A stretch of DNA of 54,906 nucleotides from positions 1-54,906 of the IMG/VR virus record IMGVR_UViG_3300032303_000606, one strand, 5' to 3'. The DNA is from a virus. Its lineage: Duplodnaviria; Caudoviricetes. The stretch's first letter is position 1; the number at the start of each line of letters is the position of its first letter. The translations under genes and the position numbers were made by a program. This document shows, piece after piece, positions 43,913 through 51,634 of this stretch. The notes beneath the pieces were generated by a model. It was given only the letters and a program-made list of their open reading frames with translations, did no database searches and was not told the DNA's origin.

Positions 43913-44290
43913 ATGAAAAATACATACAGCATTGAAAGGGCTCTAGTAGCCACTACACCACGCCACCTAGTAACTGCGACAGGTTTGCCTATTACCAGTT
44001 TTAGAGTGGCACACGCGTTCACTAAGCCGTCTCACGACGGGGGTAGAGAACAGTCACACACTAACTGGTTCACTATCACATCTTTTGGTGAACTAGCCAC
44101 AGAGATGGCAGAGAAAGTCTCTAAGGGTAACCGCATAGACCTTACTGGGCTATTGTTTATTAGGGATTGGGATAATGGCGAAAGGGCTGGAACTTCTGTT
44201 GAAGTTGAAGTTACAGAATACGCAATTCGCTACCCTGAGCCACCAGCAACACGCACACACGACTGCAACTGCGTAGATTGCGTAAAGTAG
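43913..44290 (+). CDS. ssb: Single-stranded DNA-binding protein, host-like OB fold with Cys-rich tail
   Basis: LVATTPRHLVT..GLPITSFR.A, TNWFTIT.F..LA, KG.R....G.L.IRDWDNGE; AAGGAGG RBS. Confidence 0.85.
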   Translation: MKNTYSIERALVATTPRHLVTATGLPITSFRVAHAFTKPSHDGGREQSHTNWFTITSFGELATEMAEKVSKGNRIDLTGLLFIRDWDNGERAGTSVEVEVTEYAIRYPEPPATRTHDCNCVDCVK

Positions 44291-44370
44291 TAAAGTGTGC
44301 TATGCTTTTCATCCAAGCAAAAGGTTTGGATGTCAACACACAGGCTTTGCCTGTAAGATATGGAGGAAAT

Positions 44371-44682
44371 ATGAATAAATCTATTCTAAAAATCAACGGA
44401 GAAGTAAACGATGTAGTGGTAGTCGCACAGCCCTTTACTCACGAAGCACCATCAGGATTCTTTGATGGGCTTGGTGACTATGAGGTAGTTGGCGTGGAGA
44501 TTGGCGAATCAGCCGGTAGCGGTCTATTTGTTGCTAAGGTAATTCTAAAGTCAGATAACGAGCCAACTGTCGAAAACATGAACACCCTTATCGAGGAGTT
44601 CCCAGACAGCAAGGTTGTATTACTGCTCGATACCGATACTGGCGTTTATGTTGCTAGCGCTGATGGTGCGGTAGCGGTATAG
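44371..44682 (+). CDS. Hypothetical protein
   Basis: GGAGG RBS before ATG 44371. Confidence 0.75.
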   Translation: MNKSILKINGEVNDVVVVAQPFTHEAPSGFFDGLGDYEVVGVEIGESAGSGLFVAKVILKSDNEPTVENMNTLIEEFPDSKVVLLLDTDTGVYVASADGAVAV

Positions 44683-44683
44683 T

Positions 44684-45160
44684 ATGACACGATTATCGCC
44701 ACACGCAAAGGCCAGTTTGGATGCTCTGGCAGAAAAACATGTTGCCTACACTATTGCTAAGGCGACTATCGAAGCCCAGCTAAAGCAGGAGTTAGCCGAG
44801 AGACTGTCTAGTTATAAACAAGAACGAGACATGGCTCTCAGGCTAGCCTGCGAAGCAGGTGTGCCACGCACACAGTTGGGTAAAGCGATTGGCACTAGCA
44901 ACTATGCTACTGTTCAAGAGATTTTGGCTTTGACCGAAGTTGTTGAACATAGTTCAAGTGGCAACGGCAATTGGAGTCTAGTACAGGTATCATCAAATGT
45001 TTGGAGTCTATCCGTCAAGAACATTGGTGTCCAGAATCTTTCTGGTGTCGCTGAAGTTGATTTGACTGGGGATGAAATCGTTTATGTGTCTGGTGACGCT
45101 TTTGTTGTTCCACAAATATATATGAATGGTTATGCTGATGAAGTATTGGAGAACCGATAA
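44684..45160 (+). CDS. HTH-containing DNA-binding protein
   Basis: ACEAGVPRTQLGKAIGTSNYATVQEIL is HTH-like. Confidence 0.65.
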   Translation: MTRLSPHAKASLDALAEKHVAYTIAKATIEAQLKQELAERLSSYKQERDMALRLACEAGVPRTQLGKAIGTSNYATVQEILALTEVVEHSSSGNGNWSLVQVSSNVWSLSVKNIGVQNLSGVAEVDLTGDEIVYVSGDAFVVPQIYMNGYADEVLENR

Positions 45161-45162
45161 CA

Positions 45163-45318
45163 ATGTTTAGAGTCATGGTCGTATTGCTTATATTTTCGCC
45201 TTTATGGCTTCTTTTACCTATCGCCATCTGGTGTATTAGAAAAGAGCGTAAACGAGATGTAGCACTTTACGACCATGGTTCAGACATTGGTATTTCAGCA
45301 AATTATTGGGCAGACTAA
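45163..45318 (+). CDS. Small membrane protein, 51 aa
   Basis: MFRVMVVLLIFSPLWLLLPIAIWC then basic residues; fills the gap exactly. Confidence 0.6.
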   Translation: MFRVMVVLLIFSPLWLLLPIAIWCIRKERKRDVALYDHGSDIGISANYWAD

Positions 45319-45330
45319 AGGAGAAAATAA

Positions 45331-45606
45331 ATGACATGGTATGAATATGAAGAAGATGATTTTATAGATAGTTCAGAGTATGTTGATTACGATGAAATCA
45401 GGGAAGACCTTGTTTGGTTACAGGGTGTTGTTGACGACAATTTGGGTCAAGGCAATCTGTATGTCTATCTAAATGTTACTAGTCCTAACGAATATGAAGT
45501 ATGGTTTGAAAGCCATCTTCTTGATGGTCATGTTTTTGAGGCAACTGTTGATGATTTGTTTACTCAAATCAAACTAAATTTCCCTGACTACGACTGGGAC
45601 ATCTAA
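45331..45606 (+). CDS. Highly acidic hypothetical protein
   Basis: AAAGGAG RBS; rich in Asp/Glu and aromatic residues. Confidence 0.75.
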   Translation: MTWYEYEEDDFIDSSEYVDYDEIREDLVWLQGVVDDNLGQGNLYVYLNVTSPNEYEVWFESHLLDGHVFEATVDDLFTQIKLNFPDYDWDI

Positions 45607-46991
45607 TGGATAATCCTTTGATACCTTATGAGTATCAAGAGGGCGATATTCAAAAGATTGTAGCAAACTCTGGTAATGGTATTGTTGCCACTCAAGTCGG
45701 TGGTGGCAAAACCCTTATTGCAGTTGAAGCCTCTAAGCGTTTAGGCTATAAGGTCAATCTTGTTATCGCACCTAAGGGTACTCATAAAAGGGCTTGGGAG
45801 CGCACCATTATGCGTCAAATACCTAACGCTAAGGTATTTTACATTTCTTCTAGCAAGGACGGCAAGCAGGCTTACAGCAATCTTTATGATGGTGTGGCTG
45901 GCTGGTATCTTATTAGCCCAGAGTTTTTCAGAAAGATGCATTGGGGTCTTATGCCAGTAGAGTTTGCTGTGTTTGATGAAGCACACCGTGCCTCTAATCG
46001 TAAGAGTAAGACTGCGAGCGCTCTCAACACATTGAAGTCTCGTGGAAAACTGGCCATGTCTGGAACTATTGCAGGCAATAAGATTGAGGGCTTTTACAGT
46101 ATTATTCGCTGGGTTTACCCAGAGGTTGCTGGTCGTTCTTATTGGTCTTGGGTTGATAAATATATGGCAACTAAGATGGATTTCTTTGCTGGTAAGCAAC
46201 CTGATGGTGAGAAAAATCCAGGAATGATTGTAAATAGTATTCCTTGCTATATTCGCCACCTAAAGCGTGAACGCTGTTGCGACTTGCACCCTAATGGTAT
46301 TGACAATCAGTTGCCACCGGTAACTACTGAGCAGAGAACTGTAACGCTATCTATGGAGCAAAAGCGTATCTATAAGAAGTTAGAAAAAGATTTGCTTGTT
46401 TGGCTTGGAGATAACCCTATGGTTGTTGAAGTCCCTGTTGCTATGCGTGTCAGGTTGCGTCAGATTACTTTAGGTGTGCCTACTGTGGCTGAAGATGGCT
46501 CTGTGGGCTTTGCTGATGATTGTGTTTCATCTAAGTTGGACGAGTTGTTTGAAATTATTTCTGACAGCCCTAGTGGTGAGCCTATGCTCATTTTGACACA
46601 TAGCCAAAAGTTTGCTAGAGTAACTACTAAGCGTTTGCAAAAGGCTGGGTTCTATGCTGTTGAATGGTCTGGTGCTACTCCACAGAAGTTTCGTGATGGT
46701 TATCTAGAAGACTTTATCGCGGGTAAAATTCAGTTTATTGTTGCAGTTATTTCTGCTATCGGTGAGGGTACTGATGGCTTGCAGGAGTCTTGCTCTACTG
46801 TTGTGTGGTTGTCTAAAGATGATAATCGCTTGATGAACGAGCAGGCTTCTGGGCGCTTAGACAGGCAGGGTCAGAAAGGCTCAGTAATCTCTTACGAGAT
46901 TATTGCCGAAGATACTTACGATGAGGGTCAATTGTCAAAACTTGTCAAAGACCAGTTGGCTATGAATAATAGTCTACGAAATAAAGAATAA
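45606..46991 (+). CDS. SF2 (SNF2-like) DNA helicase
   Basis: YEYQ, GGGKT, DEAH, SGT, GEGTDGLQ, QASGRLDRQGQ. Confidence 0.92.
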   Translation: MDNPLIPYEYQEGDIQKIVANSGNGIVATQVGGGKTLIAVEASKRLGYKVNLVIAPKGTHKRAWERTIMRQIPNAKVFYISSSKDGKQAYSNLYDGVAGWYLISPEFFRKMHWGLMPVEFAVFDEAHRASNRKSKTASALNTLKSRGKLAMSGTIAGNKIEGFYSIIRWVYPEVAGRSYWSWVDKYMATKMDFFAGKQPDGEKNPGMIVNSIPCYIRHLKRERCCDLHPNGIDNQLPPVTTEQRTVTLSMEQKRIYKKLEKDLLVWLGDNPMVVEVPVAMRVRLRQITLGVPTVAEDGSVGFADDCVSSKLDELFEIISDSPSGEPMLILTHSQKFARVTTKRLQKAGFYAVEWSGATPQKFRDGYLEDFIAGKIQFIVAVISAIGEGTDGLQESCSTVVWLSKDDNRLMNEQASGRLDRQGQKGSVISYEIIAEDTYDEGQLSKLVKDQLAMNNSLRNKE

Positions 46992-46999
46992 GAGGTAGT

Positions 47000-47197
47000 A
47001 TGTTGAGTAAATATGATATAGAAACAATGACTGATGGCCAGCGAGAAATTCTGGCTGTCGGCATGAAGATGGAGCAAGATAGAATCCTAAAGATTCTTGA
47101 AGAGCAAAAGATTGAGTTAGCGGAACTAAACAATGGCATAATTTCAGCGACCCTTGCTTTGATTGAGGCTAGGATAAAGATGGGTGGTCTTATATGA
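47000..47197 (+). CDS. Hypothetical protein
   Basis: G...EQDRILKILE pattern; RBS present. Confidence 0.7.
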   Translation: MLSKYDIETMTDGQREILAVGMKMEQDRILKILEEQKIELAELNNGIISATLALIEARIKMGGLI

Positions 47198-47658
47198 ATG
47201 TAAAAGGTGTTGCTATTGTGCTTTGTGCTTCAATGTTATGCTTCAATGTCGGCCCCCAACACATGGCTCATAAAGAAAAAAGTGGGCAGACTGTTCATGC
47301 AAAAGATTTTTTTAAATCTTTTATAGACAAAGTAGTAACAAAAAATAATCGTAAGCCTGAAAACATAAAAGCTTACACATTATCTTCAATAAAAGAATAT
47401 GGCTGGAATTCTACACAGTATTCTTGCTTGTATTCTTTATGGAAGAAAGAGTCTAACTGGCATTGGTATTCGTATAATAAAAGTTCTGGCGCTTATGGTA
47501 TTCCACAGGCAACTCCAGGACGCAAGATGCGCCATGCTGGTAAGGACTGGAAAACTAATCCTTTTACTCAAATTAAATGGGGTCTTAGTTACATCAAGCG
47601 CAACTATGGAACTCCATGCAATGCTTGGCAACACTCAAAAGTTCATAACTGGTATTAG
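47194..47658 (+). CDS. Exported lytic transglycosylase-like (SLT-family) protein
   Basis: Signal peptide; CL..LW.KESNW, SSGAYGIPQA, NP.TQI.WG..YI...YGTPC.AW. Confidence 0.88.
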   Translation: MNVKGVAIVLCASMLCFNVGPQHMAHKEKSGQTVHAKDFFKSFIDKVVTKNNRKPENIKAYTLSSIKEYGWNSTQYSCLYSLWKKESNWHWYSYNKSSGAYGIPQATPGRKMRHAGKDWKTNPFTQIKWGLSYIKRNYGTPCNAWQHSKVHNWY

Positions 47659-47666
47659 GAGGTTAA

Positions 47667-47756
47667 ATGTCAGAGGTAAATGTTATTATGGTAATTGTTG
47701 GTTTTCTCTTGCTTATGTGGTTTGCAAGAGTTATAGATAGGAGAGATGATGAATAA
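47667..47756 (+). CDS. 29-aa single-TM peptide
   Basis: AGGAGG RBS; MSEVNVIMVIVGFLLLMWFARVIDRRDDE. Confidence 0.6.
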   Translation: MSEVNVIMVIVGFLLLMWFARVIDRRDDE

Positions 47757-48030
47757 ATTTGAAGTAAATCTTGCAAAAAAGTTTGAGGAGGCACATAGCC
47801 TTTTAGTGCGCAAGCATGAAGATTATGGACCAAAAAACATTGCACAAGCTCCAGGCGGAGCAATCAATGGCTTGCGTGTGAGAATGCATGATAAGATGGC
47901 TCGTATCAACCATTTGTTTGATAACAGCCTTGACCCAAAAAACGAGAGTTTGCGAGACTCTTTTATTGACCTTGCAAACTACGCTATTATTGCACTTATG
48001 GTGCTAGATGAGGAGTGGCCTAATGAGTGA
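47746..48030 (+). CDS. DUF1599 / nucleotide-modification-associated domain 1-like protein
   Basis: RKHEDYG..NI, RMHDKMAR, ESLRDSFIDLANYAII. Confidence 0.85.
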   Translation: MMNKFEVNLAKKFEEAHSLLVRKHEDYGPKNIAQAPGGAINGLRVRMHDKMARINHLFDNSLDPKNESLRDSFIDLANYAIIALMVLDEEWPNE

Positions 48031-48307
48031 GTATGAGATTATAAACGAAGATACCGGTGAGATAGAAACTTTTAAAACTGGTATTGACATTAAGCAACTT
48101 GAAGAGTATAATCAATGGAAGATTGACCAAATGCTGAATCCTCCTACTTATTCTCCACAAGAGTATGCTAGGTTTGTGGAATCAGAAGAAGCAAAGAAAA
48201 TTATAGCTGAGGCTAAGGATTATTTATCTTTCTATAACAGGGGGACTGATTGGCCACCAGAGTTAATTGAGACTTTAGATAGGATTTTAGATGGCAGAGA
48301 AAAATAA
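48023..48307 (+). CDS. Hypothetical protein
   Basis: GAGGAG RBS before ATG 48023. Confidence 0.72.
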   Translation: MSEYEIINEDTGEIETFKTGIDIKQLEEYNQWKIDQMLNPPTYSPQEYARFVESEEAKKIIAEAKDYLSFYNRGTDWPPELIETLDRILDGREK

Positions 48308-48839
48308 CATAACTGGGTTTGAGCCAGTTTATAATGAAATTAAACATGAGTTTCAGGAGGAGAACATGGAAGAACCTATTGTTATACCAGTACCTAAGGC
48401 GAAGAAAGATTCGCCACGAATAAATCCTGACGCTAGACCTGTGCTTTATACAGCGATTACTTTAGTTTCAATCCTGATGATTTCATCTTTTGCTGTATCT
48501 TTTACTGGAATCTATGAAGTCTCAGCATGGACTGGGCTACCAACATTCCTGCAGTGGCTACCAGCATTATTTATTGATGCTGCAATTCTTGCTTACACGA
48601 TTGCTTTGATTGTGTTTAAGGCTAGAGGTGAATCTGTTTGGAGAACTCTTGGCGGACTTACCGGTTTTGCTTTGATGTCTGTTATTGCAAATGTCAGTCA
48701 CACTTTATCTTTTTGGAATGGAAGTTTGACAGATTTTCGCGCTTGGATTGGTGTGCTAATTACGGCTTCAGCTCCAATTGCTGTTCTTTTGGCTTCAGAA
48801 GAAATTACTCGACTTGCATTTGAAAAGAGCGAGGACTAA
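48291..48839 (+). CDS. Four-TM membrane protein (DUF2637-like)
   Basis: F.VSF....., WL.ALFIDAAI, S..ANV.H, AP..VL pattern. Confidence 0.72.
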   Translation: MAEKNNITGFEPVYNEIKHEFQEENMEEPIVIPVPKAKKDSPRINPDARPVLYTAITLVSILMISSFAVSFTGIYEVSAWTGLPTFLQWLPALFIDAAILAYTIALIVFKARGESVWRTLGGLTGFALMSVIANVSHTLSFWNGSLTDFRAWIGVLITASAPIAVLLASEEITRLAFEKSED

Positions 48840-48840
48840 A

Positions 48841-49254
48841 ATGGGTAGACCAAGAGGAGCGATTAGTCACAAGGAGAATAAAGGTAGGGGTAAGGGTGGC
48901 TACACCATAAGCACATTTGATTATGCGGTTATGGGCATTAAGCCCGAAGCCATGCCTGCTCAAAGAAGACTTCACTCTGCTATGCAAGAATTAGCAGATG
49001 AGGGTTTATACGCAAAGTGTTACGGCAATTCATATTGGTATACCGATTATGATGGCCGTGGCTTTGAGGATGAAAATGGTAATGGGGCTTTAAGAAGTTT
49101 AACTGTTGATGAGTGTGAAGAGCTCTGCAATGGTTGCCCTTTGCTAAAAGTATGCTATGATTTTGCAGTAGCAAACGATGAAAAACATGGTATCTGGGGT
49201 GGCATTAACTTTGGTGCTGACTACGATGCTTTATTTGATATGGAGGATGATTAA
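48841..49254 (+). CDS. whiB: WhiB-family Fe-S transcription factor with N-terminal GRPR extension
   Basis: C...C..CP....C...A...DEKHGIWGG. Confidence 0.85.
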   Translation: MGRPRGAISHKENKGRGKGGYTISTFDYAVMGIKPEAMPAQRRLHSAMQELADEGLYAKCYGNSYWYTDYDGRGFEDENGNGALRSLTVDECEELCNGCPLLKVCYDFAVANDEKHGIWGGINFGADYDALFDMEDD

Positions 49255-49256
49255 CA

Positions 49257-49994
49257 ATGATTGCAGATTCAAGAATTAAAGAAATGACTCTCGGCTTATT
49301 TAAGTTAGAGTCAGAGCGTGACCAGCAGAAGAAAGTCGGTGCATCTGACTTCTCTGACCCTTGTGAATATCACTTGGCAAAGAAGCTTCTGGGCATTGCG
49401 CCAAGCGAGTTTAAATACTTCCTTGGGGCTAAGATTGGCACAGCCACCCATGAGTTCCTAGAGGCTCGTATACCGCAGATTAACCTAGAAGATTATCCAG
49501 AGTTTGCGTCCGCTCAAATCGAGCAAACTATTACTATCGGTGAACTTGAGGGTTATGGTGTTATAAAGTCTAAGCCTGACCTTGTGCTCGTTGATGGTAA
49601 GCACCTAATTGACTGGAAGACTAGCAAGCGTGACAAGTCTAAGCAGATGCAGGCAGTCATTGATGGTATCGCCAAGGATACTAAGGTTGCGGCTGAGGCT
49701 AAGTACTCCTTATCTAAGTATTATGCTCAGGCACAGATTTATGCTTATGGCCTAAACAAGTCTGGAACTGAAGTTGATGCTTGTTCTCTAGTATTTATTA
49801 ATCGTGATGGAACTTATGACCCAGATATTTGGACTTGGACTTTCGCTTATGACGAGAGTGCTGGTCAACAGATGTGGGATAGACTTGAGCGTATCTGGAA
49901 TGAAGTTTCGGGTGACCGTGATATTGAGGACTTCCCTAGAGACCCTGAGTGTTTTACTTGCAAGGTTCTAGAACCAGTGGAGGAAACAGCATGA
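49257..49994 (+). CDS. Cas4-like PD-(D/E)XK exonuclease
   Basis: GASD...C, GTATH, PDL....IDWKT, Q...YA, C-terminal CFTC. Confidence 0.85.
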   Translation: MIADSRIKEMTLGLFKLESERDQQKKVGASDFSDPCEYHLAKKLLGIAPSEFKYFLGAKIGTATHEFLEARIPQINLEDYPEFASAQIEQTITIGELEGYGVIKSKPDLVLVDGKHLIDWKTSKRDKSKQMQAVIDGIAKDTKVAAEAKYSLSKYYAQAQIYAYGLNKSGTEVDACSLVFINRDGTYDPDIWTWTFAYDESAGQQMWDRLERIWNEVSGDRDIEDFPRDPECFTCKVLEPVEETA

Positions 49995-50221
49995 TAATAC
50001 CCAAGTATTTTGCAAAGCGTTTTTTCTTGGTTGTGATTCTTCCAAGAACTTTGTGGAGAATTTTTGTTGGCTCAATATTCTTAACCTTAGTTCCAGAAAT
50101 AGAAAACACAACTACTAAACAGTTTATTGCTGTGCTAGGTACTGGCATCATGATTGGTGCAGTTTTTGGTATTTACAGAGCAATAAGAGTCTTATTCGCC
50201 GATGGTGAACAAGCAAAATAA
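49991..50221 (+). CDS. Two-TM membrane protein
   Basis: ATGA overlap; hydrophobic segments. Confidence 0.65.
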   Translation: MIIPKYFAKRFFLVVILPRTLWRIFVGSIFLTLVPEIENTTTKQFIAVLGTGIMIGAVFGIYRAIRVLFADGEQAK

Positions 50222-50281
50222 TTGGTCAAACAGACCGATTGAATATGATATACTCTATTTACAGACACTAAGGAGGTCCAA

Positions 50282-51010
50282 ATGAGTAATTTACTACCAC
50301 TGCCTTTCGAGGCACATATCAAAAAAGCACAAGCGCTTAACACACCTAAAACTATTCTGATTTATGGTGACCCTAAGCGTGGCAAGTCTTGGCTTGCCGC
50401 ATCAGCCGCAGAGATTGCTGAACTGTCACCGGTTCTTGTAATCGATACTGAGGGTGGTTCTTCTGCTATTGCTAGAGACTGGAAAGATGTTGATGTCGTT
50501 GAGGCTGATACGCATGAAAAGTTCCAAGCAATTGTTACATCTCTAACATCACAGCCACACAAGTATAAGACAGTTATTGTCGATACACTTGGCGTATGTA
50601 TGGATAGAGCAGAAAAATTCTTTGGCGAAAAGCCTGAGAATAAGAATAACAAGTTTGGCCGTTGGGGCGACTTGAAGAACTGGACGAATGATTTTATTCG
50701 TGCATTCCATGGCGCACCATTCCTGTCAATCATTGTTACTCACGCACAGGATGAAAAGGACGAGAACACTGGGGCAGTAAAGACTATCCCAATGCTCCCA
50801 GGCTCATCTAAGGGAACGCTTCCAGCAATCCCAGACATCATTGGTTACATGACCAGTGAGAAGACCGAGGACGGTGTACAGCGTGTGCTATACTTGCAGT
50901 CCTCAGACCGATTGGTTACTGGTAACCGCTTCGGCCTTGCACCAAAAATGTATGCACCAAGCATCAAAAAAATCATCGATGAAATCAAAACCGTAGGAGG
51001 TAAAAAATAA
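50282..51010 (+). CDS. Sak4-like AAA ATPase (recombination)
   Basis: IYGDPKRGKS, IDTEGG, VIVDT, VTHA; lies between exonuclease and SSB. Confidence 0.85.
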   Translation: MSNLLPLPFEAHIKKAQALNTPKTILIYGDPKRGKSWLAASAAEIAELSPVLVIDTEGGSSAIARDWKDVDVVEADTHEKFQAIVTSLTSQPHKYKTVIVDTLGVCMDRAEKFFGEKPENKNNKFGRWGDLKNWTNDFIRAFHGAPFLSIIVTHAQDEKDENTGAVKTIPMLPGSSKGTLPAIPDIIGYMTSEKTEDGVQRVLYLQSSDRLVTGNRFGLAPKMYAPSIKKIIDEIKTVGGKK

Positions 51011-51489
51011 TGACAATTATTAACATTTCAAGTTCAGACCTAGCAACACAGTCAACTGGACAGTATGACGCACTACCTAAAGGCACATACTCAACCACAA
51101 TTTACTCAGCAGAACTTGTTGAAGTAAAGAGCGGTGAGAACGCAGGCAAGCCACAGCTAAAGCTTCAGCTAAAGGTTGCCGACGGTGAGGAATTTGCAAA
51201 CCGTCGTCTGTTTACTTATGTTCCACTTTACACAGGTAAGGCATTCTGGAAGACACAGGCTTTCTTCACAGCCCTTGGCTATGACATGAAAGCAGGTAAC
51301 TTCCAAGTTCCATCAATCGAGGAACTACTTGGCCAGTCTATTGGGGCTAAGGTTACTGTTGTCACTAACAGCGTTTCTGGTGACGACGAAAACAATGTGG
51401 GTGGGTTCACAGCCGCAACCACAGGCAACATTGATGCAGTTCTAAAGTCAATGGGCGCAACACCTGCTTCTACTGGGGATATTTGGTAG
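51010..51489 (+). CDS. DUF669-family single-stranded DNA-binding protein
   Basis: LPKG.Y...I...E......GKP.L.L...V..GE...R.LF; follows the Sak4-like gene. Confidence 0.8.
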   Translation: MTIINISSSDLATQSTGQYDALPKGTYSTTIYSAELVEVKSGENAGKPQLKLQLKVADGEEFANRRLFTYVPLYTGKAFWKTQAFFTALGYDMKAGNFQVPSIEELLGQSIGAKVTVVTNSVSGDDENNVGGFTAATTGNIDAVLKSMGATPASTGDIW

Positions 51490-51499
51490 AATAATGGGC

Positions 51500-51527
51500 A
51501 ACCCTGAGCATGGTTTAAAACTGCTCA
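51500..51527 (+). ncRNA. H-type pseudoknot motif, copy 2
   Basis: AACC-C-TGAGCA-T-GGTT-TAAAAC-TGCTCA just downstream of TGGTAGAAT extended -10 (51484-51492). Confidence 0.6.
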
Positions 51528-51530
51528 TAA

Positions 51531-51602
51531 GCCCCCACTGGTGTAGTATTGGTTTTCACTCCTTTATCTGATACAGTTCGAGTTCGATTCTCGGCCGGGG
51601 CA
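51531..51602 (+). ncRNA. tRNA-like RNA with anti-SD loop (not a canonical tRNA)
   Basis: GCCCC/GGGGC-A terminal stem; T-arm TCGAG-TTCGATT-CTCGG; central stem GTATTGG/CTGATAC with loop TTTTCACTCCTTTAT. Confidence 0.6.
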
Positions 51603-51634
51603 CTTAAAAAGGAATAGTAAATTGGAGGTATTGA

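Noticed and set aside
49257-49994. CRISPR-Cas system
   Set aside because: The Cas4-like nuclease is solo within a recombination module; no repeat-spacer array or other cas genes are visible
51531-51602. Functional tRNA gene
   Set aside because: No proper D-arm or 7-nt anticodon loop, two mismatches in the acceptor stem and no CCA; reported as a tRNA-like RNA instead
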